Assembly (NCBI GenBank): GCA_964016885.1
Contig: OZ024749.1
Location: 1,798,001-1,862,000, forward strand
Reading direction: 5' to 3'
Length of the DNA: 64,000 nucleotides
From: Eledone cirrhosa
Taxonomy: Eukaryota
Below are positions 51,084 to 64,000 of this stretch, piece after piece. A program made the position numbers and the translations under genes. Each line of letters begins with the position of its first letter. The first letter of the stretch is position 1. The notes below the pieces were generated by a model. The model was not told where the DNA came from, ran no database searches, and was given only the letters and a program-made list of their open reading frames with translations.

Positions 51084-52521
51084 TGTCAGGTCACCAGTTG
51101 GTGCTACTGGAAACATGTATCCCAGTACAACCTGTCTCATGGTCGGGTCGCTGGCGACTAAACTGGCAACCCCACCAAGGTTTCTTGGTGAGGAGGGTGA
51201 CTTTGGACATCCTGCAGGACTAAAAACAAAACCTGTCAAAGGACAAAGGAGCTCTTAAGAGTCAATGGCCATCCAAAATCACCGGGAGAGTGGCCCACAT
51301 AGCCTTTGTCAAGGCAGAATTCTAGGAGAAGGAAAACTCTGATATAACACATGCAACTCTGATGGTATCCAATGATGTTGACTTGTTCTTCTTTTTGGTA
51401 AATATCATCTTGGTTAAGAGAGTGGGACTGGCTTTTTGCAGTGCCTTTGCTCACTATAAAAGCTTCACGGCACAGGCATTGCTTTAAATCTGGAGATCTC
51501 TCTGCACTTGTCATCACATGGTACCATGGGCCCAGCACTATGTGTCAATAATTGTCTCAAGTGTAGTGTTTGTACCAGAGTTTTCAAGTCGCTGGCTGCA
51601 CTAAAAAGTCACACTTGTTCAGCGCATCGGTAGGGGTTCTCCTACATGGATATAAAGTAGTGGCTGTAGTCGAAAACGAGTTGGCAGCCACCATATGTTT
51701 ATGTAATGTATGTATGGGTGTATATGTGTATGTATGTATGTATGTATGTATGTATGTATGTATGTATGTATGTATGTATGTATGTATGTATGTATGTATG
51801 TATGCATGCATGTATGTATGTATGTATGTATGTATGTACGTATGTATGTATGTATGTATGTATGTATGTATGTATATACATATATACATACATATATATA
51901 CATACATACTTATGGTGGCTGCCAACTCGTTTTCGAGTACGGCCACTACTTTATATCCATATAAGAGAACTCCTACCGATGCGCTGAATAAGTGTGACTT
52001 TTTAGTGCAGCCAGCGACTTGAAAACTCTGGTACAAACACTACACTTGAGACAATTATTGACACATAGTGCTGGGCCCATGGTACCATGTGACGACAAGT
52101 GCAGAGAGATCTCCAGATTTAAAGCAATGCCTGTGCCGTGAAGCTTTTATAGTGAGCAAAGCACTGCACAAAGCCAGTCCCACTCTCTTAACCAAGATGA
52201 TATTTACCAAAAAGAAGCACAAGTCAACATCATTGGATACCATCAGAGTTGCAGGTCTTATATAAGAGTTTTCCTTCTCTTAGAATTCTGCTTTGACAAA
52301 GGCTAAGGGGTCATCTCTCCCGCTGATTTTGGATGGCCATTGACTCTTAAGAGCTCCTTTGGCCTTTGACAGGTTTTGTTTTTAGTCCTGCAGGATGTCC
52401 AAAGTCACCCTCCTCAACAAGAAACCTTGGTGGGGTTGCCAGTTTAGTCGCCAACGACCCGACCATAGGACAGGTTGTACTGGAAGACATATTACCAGTA
52501 GCACCAACTGGTGACCTGACA
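51084..52521. mobile_element. Two ~610 bp family D copies in inverted orientation around a (TATG)n spacer
   Basis: 51084-51695 pairs with 51911-52521; mirrored ORFs in the track; class unknown. Confidence 0.85.
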
Positions 52522-52649
52522 TACAATATATATATATATACATACATATATATATACATATATATATATATATACATACATATGTACATATATATATATA
52601 TACATACATATACATATATATATATATACATACATATATATATACATAC

Positions 52650-52688
<39 letters not shown>

Positions 52689-52727
52689 CATATATATATA
52701 TATACATACATATATATATATACATAC

Positions 52728-52760
<33 letters not shown>

Positions 52761-52786
52761 CATACATATATATATATATACATACA

Positions 52787-52826
<40 letters not shown>

Positions 52827-52931
52827 CATACATATATATATATATAGATACATATATATATATATACATACATATATATATATATACATATATATATATA
52901 CATACATATATATATATACATACATATATAT

Positions 52932-52962
<31 letters not shown>

Positions 52963-53018
52963 CATACCTATATATATATACATACATATATATATACATA
53001 CATATATATATATACATA

Positions 53019-53059
<41 letters not shown>

Positions 53060-53093
53060 ATATACATACATACATACATCCATATATATATAT

Positions 53094-53150
<57 letters not shown>

Positions 53151-53561
53151 CATATGTATACATATATATATATATATATATATAGATACATATATATATA
53201 TATACATACATATATATACACATATATGTATATATATATATACATACATATATATATATATACATACATATATATATATCAAGTAAGAATATTTTCGAAA
53301 CAGCGAGTGGATTTGAAATTAGTAGAAATTTAAGCTATCGCCGTATTTTGACTAAAGAAATTAAAGAAATTATTTAGCCTGATAGTGGGGTTAAGAACCC
53401 TCGGGGAAATGGAAAAAGATGAGTATTGACGTACATGGGAGTCGAACCCACATCTTTGGTTACACCAACACATCATGTGATGTGTTGGTGTATATGGTAG
53501 CACAGTGGTCCGGATAACCAAAGATGTGGGTTCGACTCCCATGTACGTAGCTAACATTTCT

Positions 53562-53598
<37 letters not shown>

Positions 53599-53657
53599 CA
53601 TATACATGCATACATATATATACATATATATATACATACATATATATATATATATAC

Positions 53658-53720
<63 letters not shown>

Positions 53721-54284
53721 CATACATATATATATACATACATAAATACATATATATACATACATATATATATACATACATATATATATATACATACATA
53801 TATATGCATACATATATATGCATACATATATATACATACATATATATACATATATATACATACATATACATACATATATATATACATACATACATACATA
53901 TATATACATACATACATATATATACATATACACATATATATACATATATACATATATATACATATATACATATATACATATATATATATTTATATATTTA
54001 TACATACATATATATATACATATATATATACATATATATATACATATATATATATATATACATATATATATACATACATATATATATATATACATATATA
54101 TATATACATATATATATACATACATATATATATATACATACATATATATATATACATACATATATATATATACATACATATATATATATACATACATATA
54201 TATATACATACATATATATATATACATACATATATATATACATACATATATATATACATACATATATACATACATATATATATA

Positions 54285-54338
<54 letters not shown>

Positions 54339-54447
54339 AATACATATATATATATATATAAATACATATATATATATGTATATAAATACATATATATATA
54401 AATACATATATATATATATATAAATAGTTATATATATATATAAAAAC

Positions 54448-54486
<39 letters not shown>

Positions 54487-55040
54487 CATATATATACATA
54501 TATATACATATATATATACATATATATACATATATATACATATATATATACATATATATATACATATATATACATATATATATACATATATATATATACA
54601 TATATATATATACATATATATATACACATATATATATACATATATATATACATATATATATACATATATACATACATATATACATATATACATACATATA
54701 TATATATATACATACATATATATATACATACATACATATATATATAGATACATACATATATATATACATATATATATATACATACATATATATATATACC
54801 TACATATATATATACATATATATATATACATACATATATATATATACATATATATATATATACATACATATATATATATACATACATATACACATACATA
54901 TATACATACATACATATATATATCTATATACATACATATATATATATAAACATGCATATATATATATAAAAACATATATATATACATACATATATACATA
55001 CATATATATATACATATATATACACATATTTATGTATATA
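52522..55040. repeat. (TA)n/(TACA)n microsatellite blocks flanking 53280-53560
   Basis: Directly visible. Confidence 0.9.
53280..53550. mobile_element. tRNA-headed element with fold-back; tRNA-like cloverleaf at 53479-53549(+)
   Basis: A box TGGTGTATATGG, D stem gtgt/gcac, anticodon arm tggt-ccggata-acca, T arm gtggg-TTCGACT-cccat; 53428-53475 is an inverted partial copy. Confidence 0.7.
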
Positions 55041-55925
55041 GTAAAAGAAAACAAAGAGTGCTTATAACATCAATCAATTTTTATTCGCTGACAGTGTTTC
55101 ATCCATACTATGGGGCAGGACTCATCAGAGCGTTGAAAACAAAAATACAATAATGAAGATAAGCTCTACCGACCTACATCATAAGGACAATAGATATATG
55201 GTATAGGATCATAGGATAATAGTGAGATTGGAGATGATACATAATAGGGTTGTTAGCCAGAGTAAGGAAAAATAAGGAAGAATAATGAAAAAGAAAATAA
55301 ACTGAAGTAATCACACAAGAGATAGATGCATGTGAAGGAATCAGTCAAGGCGATAAAGAAAAAAGAAAGAATACTAAAAAAAAAATAAAATAATAATAAT
55401 AATAATAAAAAAAAAAAATAATAATAAAAAAATAATTGTTTCTACTATTGGCACAAGGCACGCAAATACCCAGTACATTACTGGTACTTTATTTTATAGA
55501 CCCCGTAAGGATAATAAATTATCGCTAACAGTGCTTCATCCATACCATGGGGCAGGACTCATCAGAGCGTTGAAAACAAAAATACAATAATGAAGATAAG
55601 CTCTACCGACCTACATCATAAGGACATAGATATATGGTATAGGATCATAGGATAATAGTAAGAATGGATAATAGCGATAATAATAATAAAAAATAATGAT
55701 AATTAATTAAACATTAATTTAATAAAAAAAAAATAATAACAAAAAAAAAAAAATTTTAAAAATAATAATTAAAAATAATTAAAAATAATTAAAAATAAAT
55801 AAAAATTAAAAAATTAAAAGATCGAAATGAAAAACTAATTAAAAAAACAAATAATTAAAAAATATATATATTTAACAAAATAATTAACAAGAGAGAGGGG
55901 AAGGCATAGATGCATATGAGGGCAC
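55040..55925 (-). mobile_element. Tandem Penelope-like terminal repeats with a SINE S1 fragment (55436-55512) between them
   Basis: 55086-55225 is directly repeated at 55523-55660. Confidence 0.7.
55086..55132 (-). ncRNA. Type I hammerhead ribozyme; second, mutated tandem copy at 55523-55569
   Basis: cgct-CTGATGA-gtcc tgccccatagtat ggat-GAAA-cactg-TC-agcg, immediately followed by AATAAA. Confidence 0.75.
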
Positions 55926-56454
55926 ACAAACGCAAAGAGAGGAAGCATGCATTGGTCACAGTCGAATAGATATTGGCCAGATGATTTCCAATGACAAAGA
56001 GTCTTATGTCCTATAGTTTCACAGGGTGAACCACAGTGCACTCAAATATTACAGTTGTCAAAGTAGGGATATCCAGCAGATAATTTACATTAGGACTAGC
56101 CATCAACCGGGGTGTCATAGAAAAGTGTCATGTAGCCCTTAAAGTATGGTAATAAGGTTCAGAGAGGATTTAGTATTCTCCAAATTCAGCACGGTTAGTG
56201 TAACCATAAGGTAGTGGGGCTGTGCGGATAAGAGGTGTTAGTCTGAGTACAGCACCGGCAGAAGCAGAAACACAAGCAAAGCAGGGTAAATGTATAGAAG
56301 AAGATGAAGCAGTCAATTCACAACGAAAAATTCCTAACAGACAGTTCATACATGGTTTAAACAATGTTTGAGGATATCCGGCAAGGGGAACAAAAAACAT
56401 ATATATATCATCAGTAGATGGTAACTCACGAAATGTCACAACATATATAGCCAC

Positions 56455-56494
<40 letters not shown>

Positions 56495-56769
56495 TTCATA
56501 GATGGTATTCCAGTCATGTTCATACATCCACATGTACGTATCATAACGTATGGTACTATATGTTATGAGCCGGTGTTCAAATCAAAATCCTCATATAAGT
56601 AGTGCTCCAGATTTCGGTATTATACTATTCCCAATCACCCACAGTAATGTACATCTAATTCCGTGTTCCGAGGGTATTAGTGTCCGAGCATTGCATGAAC
56701 ACACATTATAGCAGTAGCTTGTTGACTATTCACATGAAGCACGTGGTTAGACAAACAACCTTATATATA

Positions 56770-56960
56770 ATTGTTTTTACTTTTAGCACGAGGCCAGCAA
56801 TTATCCCAGTGCATTACTGGTACTTTATTTTAACGACCCCGTAAGGATGAAAGGCAAAGTTAACCTCGACGGGATTTGAACTCAGACCGTAAAGGGGCGT
56901 AACTCTGCTGCAAAGAATGGCGTCCGACCGTGTACCGATACTACCAATTCACCGCCCTTA
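56770..56960 (-). mobile_element. Full-length SINE S1
   Basis: S1 motif series ending in ccaattcaccgcc. Confidence 0.85.
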
Positions 56961-58114
56961 AAACAAACTTAAAATATAAGATAATATAGCATGACATATA
57001 AAATATACAAGTGTAGAGAAGGAATCAGTAATTCTGCCCAGCGCAACTGTGAGTCAATTAACTCATACATGTGTTCATTAACTAAACAAGACAGCGACCA
57101 TATGATGTAGCTCCGCAAAAAATATACAATGTCGATAAACACAAACGCATGATGACATAAAGGACACATATAGTGGATAACTCCCTGTTACTCACTATTA
57201 AATACGTTTCTAAGGCTAAGGTAGGGAGATTACTCTACACTTCATCTATGAAATCAACAATTCAAAAAACATTCAGACCGTAGAAAAAATAATAATAAAC
57301 TCCTACACCGTATATATTAGAATTTAAATGAAAGAGAGAAAATATAAAAAAAAGTTTTAGAACTTAGCTTCTGAATTCCAATAATATTATGGAATGGAGG
57401 AAAAAGCCTGAAGTTTAGTATCATGGAAGACTTATCAAGGGACCCTTTAGGAAAGCGAACAATGGTTAAAAGTCCCTGATGATAAGGCAACTATAAAAGA
57501 CAATGTGATATGGAAACCTTGTAGAATCTAATAACGCCATCGATTTCAAGCCAAAATATCGAGAAGTGTAGAGTTGATCAACGATCACCAAGGAATACAA
57601 ATCAGGAATAAAAATAAAGTAGAAACACTACAGATAGTTCTCTCCAATAGCAGCTTGGTGAATGTAGTGACATATTCAGACCGGCTTGCTTGATATGCTA
57701 TAGATTGCAAGTTGTCGAAGTATGGACAGCTGTCAGAGAAGTTTACTATCAAGCCTATAATGGCGGATATTTCTCGCAGTCCTCAGTTCCCCAACCAACT
57801 GCCTAATTACTGTAGTAACGGGGACGGTGTTAATTAAACCGTAATAAGGTTTCATGCGAGTTGAACTGGCTAGTTCAGTGTATCTCTTTGGCTTTTCTAT
57901 ATGTTAAGCCTTTGCAATTCTGATCACTGGGAGGGCCATGAGGCAACCTACACGTAAGGGTTACCACGTTAGTGAGGCAGAACGAACACAAGAAAAACCT
58001 GATAAAATTTGATGGGTTTATCCGTACTGTTAGCGTTTGTTAATCTATATAAATATGCTCACTGTTGTGATTGGTGTAATGGGTAATGTAAACAACACAA
58101 AGGATAAAAATTGA

Positions 58115-58285
58115 AGGCGTTTGGCTTGGTAGACAGAGGGTTGGATTTACAATCCCGACGTTGTCAGGTCGGTGCTCGGACTGGGTGATTCAATGTGTCC
58201 TTGAGCAAGACACTTCATTTCATGTTGCTTCAGTTTTCTTATTTGTAGAAATGAGTTGCGACGTCACTGGTGCCAAGCTGTAACA
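58115..58285 (+). mobile_element. SINE S2 with tRNA-like head
   Basis: tgtgtccttgagcaagacactt...gagttgcgacgtcactggtgccaagctgta. Confidence 0.7.
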
Positions 58286-58339
58286 GATTTTACAACATCG
58301 GAGGCGCACATTAGAAGTGAACTAATGAATATTGACTCC

Positions 58340-58490
58340 AGAATGTAACTGGCGTTTTAATTTATTGATCCCCGACAAGATGAAAATCAGAGACGGCCTT
58401 GGCGGGATTTGAAATCAGACGTAAACAGACAGAACAAAAAAATATAACATTTTGCTCGACATTCCAGTTGTTAAGGCTTTCTCCCGCCCA
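58340..58490 (-). mobile_element. Diverged SINE S1 (another remnant at about 58925-59020)
   Basis: ttattgatcccc..gatgaaa...cttggcgggatttgaaatcaga. Confidence 0.6.
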
Positions 58491-59167
58491 AACACTCTTT
58501 GGAGTCTCGGGATATGCAATAATTATGCGTCTATCTCACGCCTCTCAGGGCAAGTTGCAGAGTCATAGCTAGTTTTTACTGCATAAAATGAAGACTGCAA
58601 TATATTTTTTTTTCGAACATGCCCCGCTACCTAAAAACTGAAGGGAGACGGTTGCTTTTGGCAGAACCCGCTGGAAGAAGAAGAAATTCTAACATTCCTG
58701 TCAAACAAAAACCGCCCCACCCCCCAAAAGAACATTATACACAAATATAAACTTAAAAAACATCACCACACAAACACACATGCACAAATATTGAGACACA
58801 CACACAGACAGACAGACAGACAGAGACAGACAGACAGAGACACTGGCATTTTAATTTTTACATATTTCAGTATTTTTGTGTGAAGTGAACCAATGGAAAT
58901 GCTAATATAAATTCCCTTTTAACCCCAGTAGATGACGGGTACATTATTTTATCGAACCAAGACATGTAAAGATCGGGAACAAATTGAGCAAAGCATTTTG
59001 TCCGACGCTCTAACGATTCAGCTAAACATAAAACAACAAAAGAATCCCCCAAAACTAAAACAAATGCAAACAGAAAATGGAAAGAAACATTCTAAGCAAG
59101 TATTTACCATAAACTATGTCACCATCAACACTCCCCGATACTCATAGTCAGTTAAAATGTGATATAT

Positions 59168-59264
<97 letters not shown>

Positions 59265-59274
59265 TATATATATA

Positions 59275-59815
59275 CATTAGAAGAGGTAAATATTTAAATC
59301 CTATTTTAATTTATTTAAAAGATTGTTTAATGTTTACTTGTTCCGCTCATATTTACAGTTTTGGTATCTCAAATTAGTACCATAGAACAACCACTATTAT
59401 AGACACCATATATATTTCCGTGGGTACTTGATACCTACTGGAATATCTATATCATTTATCTGAATTCTCCTTAATGTAGAGAAAAACTGTTGTATCATGC
59501 TGCTATTTCTAGTAACATCAAATATTAACGAGTCTATAATTCCCGCTTTTTCTAACGGCCCATTTGTGTGTGGGTCGTTTTAACGGCTTGATTCATTCAC
59601 TGGGCAGAAAGCGATACATCCACATCTACGTGGATTTATATCTAGTAGGTTTGGAAAAGCTATCTGAAGAGTTATATCTTTCCATTGGAAATTTTCTGAA
59701 TTTCCAATCTTTTGATAAGCGAAACCGTCGGTCATGGCATTAGAAGAGGTACATATTTAAATCGTATTTTAATTTATTTAAAAGATTGTTTAATGTTTAC
59801 TTGTTCCGCTCATAT
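59275..59815 (+). mobile_element. Retrozyme-like non-coding element: 463 nt unit plus 78 bp terminal direct repeats, in (TA)n
   Basis: 59275-59352 repeats at 59738-59815 (2 mismatches seen); hammerhead directly before the second repeat. Confidence 0.75.
59659..59738 (+). ncRNA. Type I hammerhead ribozyme
   Basis: Stem I gctat/atggc, CTGAAGA, stem II with inner attggaaatt/aatttccaat, GAAA 59721, stem III accg/cggt, GUC triplet (C at 59733). Confidence 0.75.
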
Positions 59816-59829
59816 ATATATATATATAA

Positions 59830-59923
<94 letters not shown>

Positions 59924-60139
59924 GGGATAACAAGTTATCGTTATAGGTAATCCAGTTAGAGGTTGTGAGTACTCTGTACTATGGATAGTTTTAACGTACG
60001 GCGTTGTTTGACTCAACAAGAGGTTTCCTTAGTTAGGTAGCGAGTTCGCAAGGATTCTCATGTAGGTTATTCTTGGAGTAATAGTAGTGAAAGAGTGAAG
60101 AATATCATGGTCGGCTGGACAGCATGCGGCTTTGTTTCA

Positions 60140-60250
60140 AGTATTAACAATTGTTTCATTGATCAGGTGAGTCTAAAGGCCACTGACCACTCGAAATTGA
60201 GTCACTTGACCTTAAATAAAGTGTGTCTTTGATCAAATCATCGGAATACT
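60140..60250 (-). ncRNA. Hammerhead ribozyme, U4C core variant
   Basis: Stem I agtatt/aatact, CCGATGA, stem II ttgatca/tgatcaa closing an 80 nt domain, GAAA, palindromic ACAATTGT, GUU triplet; 16 bp perfect hairpin at 60234-60266. Confidence 0.65.
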
Positions 60251-60279
60251 GTATTCCGATGATTTGTGACTATGGAATA

Positions 60280-61076
60280 AGACCTTATATACATCTCTCT
60301 CCCAAGGGACATTGGAAGGACCTATTGAATGCTCGAACAAGATAAAAACATGGACCAATTTACAGAGAAAGTTGTGCATGGATACCTGAGACGAAAAACA
60401 CAGGCCATAGAGTATAAATCATTCAAATTCAATCATCTCTATGCCATACAGGAAGAAGAAGTCCCTACCAAATATCTGCTACACAAAAGAGGAGGGTCAT
60501 TAGTCAACATTAAATGTAGGCTTTGTAAAACAAAGATCGAGTATTGTTGCCAACTGCGAGAGAATGTCGTCTGGCTTCTACCTTCCTATGAGACACGATG
60601 TGATAGCTAGAACCATCTGGAACGCACTTAGGAAAACAAAATTAAAAATAACCGAGTAGGAATATGTTGAGGTAAATGGCACTAAGGAATACTGATGGAA
60701 CCTGAAAATAAAAACTGCCACCAAATTAAAGCACAACCAGCCTGATATTGTTGTTTAGGACCACATATTGAAAACGTGCTCTGTTGTAGAGATCAGCTGC
60801 CAACTTGATGTCAACCTTGTAAGAAAAATACAAGAGAAGGAGGACATATACGCACTATTGATGACAAGTTTGCAGATCCAGTATCCAAGATATACCTTCA
60901 GTTTTATACCCATTATTATTGGAGCTACAGGTTATATACAAACCCGCTTGGACAAAAGTATGGCTGAACTTGGAATTGTGGACAAAGAGTGCAGTTCCCT
61001 AATTCATAGAATACAAATGGCTGCGATTGCTGGCACCTTCAGAATTTGCAAAACATTCAAGCGATTCAAGGGATGA
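60280..61076 (+). mobile_element. Decayed RLE-type LINE 3' part (third family)
   Basis: KCRLCK knuckle, KHNQPDIVV, CSVVEISC..D.N...K..EKEDIY..L, FIPIIIGATG. Confidence 0.75.
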
Positions 61077-61394
61077 ACATTTCTTTTCTTTTACAACCTT
61101 GCCACCAGGAAGGTGGCCGGTCAAAAATGTACTCGAAATTAATAGAAAGAGAAATACACACACACACACACACATATATAATGTGATTTTTTTCTCAAAG
61201 CTGATTTTCAACAAGTGTTGCTCCATTTACCATCCTATAGTGGAAATAAACCAATGAATATTGGTAATATAAATCCATATTGACAGAAGATATCAGTGTT
61301 TGTGGGTTGGGCGCCACAAACTTCCTCCTTTACTTACGTCAGCCAAACTTTAATGAAAAATATATTTGATACGTATGTATTTATTTGTGAGTGT

Positions 61395-61555
61395 ATGTGT
61401 ATATGTCTAGGTGTATATGTCTAGGTGTATGTGTACATGTCTAGATGTATATGTATATGACTAGGTGTATGTGTATATATCTAGGTGTATATCTATATGT
61501 CTAGATGTATGTGTATATGTCTAGGTGTATATGTATATGTCTAGGTGTATGTGCG
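61395..61555. repeat. ~20 bp minisatellite (TCTAGGTGTATATGTATATG)n
   Basis: About 8 units. Confidence 0.85.
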
Positions 61556-61696
61556 GGTGAATGTTTCTATATGTACATTCATTTATGTATACACACACAA
61601 ATATATACATATAGATACACAAACATATATATATATACACACACACATATATATATGCACACACACATACACACACACACATATATATAGATAGAT

Positions 61697-61743
<47 letters not shown>

Positions 61744-61879
61744 TAGATACACATATATATATACACATATATATTTGGTCGTCAAGTATGAAATTTGTAG
61801 TGAGGCATATGGTCGTAAGTTTTTTTTCTACAAATTTCAAACTAGACGACGCTATATATATATAGTTTTAATATAGATG

Positions 61880-61930
61880 AGATTCTACAGGACTAGAACT
61901 GTTTCATTCTTTAGAAATCATCAGGAATCT
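61880..61930 (-). ncRNA. Compact type I hammerhead ribozyme
   Basis: Stem I agattc/gaatct (6 bp), CTGATGA, weak stem II ttc/gaa, GAAA, stem III acag/ctgt, GUA triplet. Confidence 0.65.
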
Positions 61931-62034
61931 GGCTGTCCAATAATAAATTACTGACCTTTCCTGATTATAGTTATAGTTGTTTATAGTATATACATAACTA
62001 TAAATAGTATCATTATTGTGGATTGGCAGTATAT

Positions 62035-62041
62035 ATAATAT

Positions 62042-62073
<32 letters not shown>

Positions 62074-62250
62074 ATATATATATATATAATATATATATAT
62101 ATAATATATATATATATATTATATATATATATATATAATATATATATATATAATATATATATATATAATATATATATATATAATATATATATATATATAA
62201 TATATATATATATATAATATATATATATATAATATATATATATATATAAT

Positions 62251-62282
<32 letters not shown>

Positions 62283-62305
62283 ATATATATATATATATAT
62301 AATAT

Positions 62306-62339
<34 letters not shown>

Positions 62340-62398
62340 ATATATATAATATATATAATATATATATAATATATATATAATATATATATAATATATAT

Positions 62399-62429
<31 letters not shown>

Positions 62430-62680
62430 ATATATATAATATATATATAATATATATATAATATATATATATATATAATATATAATATATATATAATATA
62501 TAATATATATATATATAATATATATATATAATATATATTTATTAAAATAACAGATTAAAGTTTAAGCAAAGAATCGCTGCTTTCACCCTTAACGGGATCT
62601 TCTGAAATATAATATATATATAATATATATATTATATATATATTATATATATAATATATATATAATATATATATATATAA
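62035..62680. repeat. (TA)n/ATA low-complexity block with a family E fragment at 62537-62608
   Basis: Fragment matches 63470-63540. Confidence 0.85.
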
Positions 62681-62868
62681 TTGTTTCTACTTTTGGCACA
62701 AGGCCAGCAATTTTCCCAGTGCATTACTGGTACTTTATTTTATCGACCCCACAAGGATGAAAGGCAAAGTTAACCTCGGCGGGATTTGAACTCAGACAAT
62801 AAAGGGCTGTAACTCTTTGCTTGCAAAGCATGGCGTCTGACCGTCTAGCGATACTGCCAATCCACCGA
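62681..62868 (-). mobile_element. Full-length SINE S1
   Basis: Complete motif series. Confidence 0.9.
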
Positions 62869-62949
62869 TAATATATATATATATATATTATATATATATA
62901 TTATATATATATATATTATATATATATATATATATATAATATACACACG

Positions 62950-63380
62950 CGCACATAGAACAAATAACCAACCAGTAACATGTAAATAAACAAATAAATA
63001 TTTATAAACACACAGACACCCTGATGAAACACATGCGCAAACTAAGTACACAACACACACAAAAACAAGATGGCGTAGGACAGGACAAAGGAGAGGCACA
63101 AAAACAAAGAAAATAATCCCCAGTCACTGAAGAGGTCACAGAATGTGTGACGAAAGAACTTTGACAATATATAAACAATCATCTGGTGGTGGAACCAACC
63201 AACCAACCGTAAATTTATAAATTCCTAAATTTATAAATTTATTATAATAAATTGAAGTGAAAGCAACTGGTGCGTGTGTTTCTTATTGGCAACATTACCC
63301 TCCCAAAGTATAACAATATCGGTTTCAACAGACGTTTTCAGATAAAGAATCTTGCTAAACAAATTCAGAAACGAAATATA
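62950..63380 (+). mobile_element. Longest family A copy with hammerhead motif at 63123-63165
   Basis: gtca-CTGAAGA-g-gtcaca gaatg tgtgac-GAAA-gaac-TT-tgac; AATAAA downstream; matches the 3207, 26494 and 47462 copies. Confidence 0.75.
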
Positions 63381-63469
63381 TATAATATATATATATATAA
63401 TATATATATATATATAATATACATATAATATATATATAATATATATTAATTCAAAATATATATATATAT

Positions 63470-63910
63470 ATTTATTAAAATAACAGATTAAAGTTTAAGC
63501 AAGGAATCGCTGCTTTCACACTTAACAGGATCTTCTGAAACTAACAAAGTCATCTGTAAACGCAGAAGCGGATATTTCAAAAAACGTTGCAACCGGAGGA
63601 AGACAGGAAGACGATACTTTGGTTCGTGGAAACGTTTCCGTTTATCGTTTTCGGTGCACCCGGCCGATTAACCCACTCGATATCCAAATTGGGCTACTCA
63701 GTCGTTAATATGCATAAGGTAAGTATATATGTTCAACAATCTGGCAGGAAGGTATACGTTGCTGACGATAGCTAATAAGCTTGAAACTAGTACAGCGTTC
63801 CTTTGTCAGTGTTGAACAAACGAGCAACGGTGGTTGCTGGACACTAAGGCTTAATACGGGATGTTTGTTTACAAACACACCGAGCATTATAATAAATGTT
63901 CGGTGAATCC
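63470..63910 (-). mobile_element. Family E Penelope-like 3' end with decayed hammerhead (copies at 62537 and about 3860)
   Basis: Minus strand CAGAAGA-tcc.gttaa g.gt-GAAA-gcagc..., then AATAAA and (TA)n. Confidence 0.5.
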
Positions 63911-64000
63911 ATATGTACATATATATATGTGTGCATGTATGTATATATATATATACATACTACTGTACGTCTGTATACATATATGTATGTACGTGTACAT

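Noticed and set aside
53479-53549. Functional tRNA-Ser(GGA) gene
   Set aside because: No long variable arm, atypical anticodon loop, weak acceptor stem, embedded in a rearranged repeat
63018-63045. CTGATGA motif as a hammerhead core
   Set aside because: No convincing stem II/GAAA/NUH arrangement

Overview
Very AT-rich, microsatellite-dominated eukaryotic DNA. The SINE, LINE and microsatellite make-up strongly suggests an octopus or other cephalopod genome (inference). I found no confidently identifiable host gene; there is one weak candidate signal-peptide exon at 32045-32173(-). Nearly all long ORFs in the track are artefacts of (TA)n, (TG)n, (GTA)n and (GGT)n repeats. The non-repetitive islands are mostly transposon debris: about 21 copies of one tRNA-derived SINE, two further SINE families, R4/Dong-type RLE LINE fragments, a CR1/L2-type 3' end, an RTE fragment, an L1/Tx1-like remnant, a Helitron/Helentron-like non-autonomous element and a 5'-truncated Penelope-like element (RT thumb, Cys linker, GIY-YIG). 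The most striking hidden structure is a set of short elements embedded in (TA)n. About a dozen carry a recognisable type I hammerhead ribozyme (CUGANGA or UUGANAA...GAAA...NUH with pairing stems), and roughly ten more carry decayed versions. They belong to many unrelated sequence families and are often arranged as fold-back inverted repeats whose junctions fall on ribozyme landmarks. One is a 463-nt retrozyme-like unit with terminal direct repeats (59275-59815). All coordinates and structures were read by eye; no folding or database search was run.
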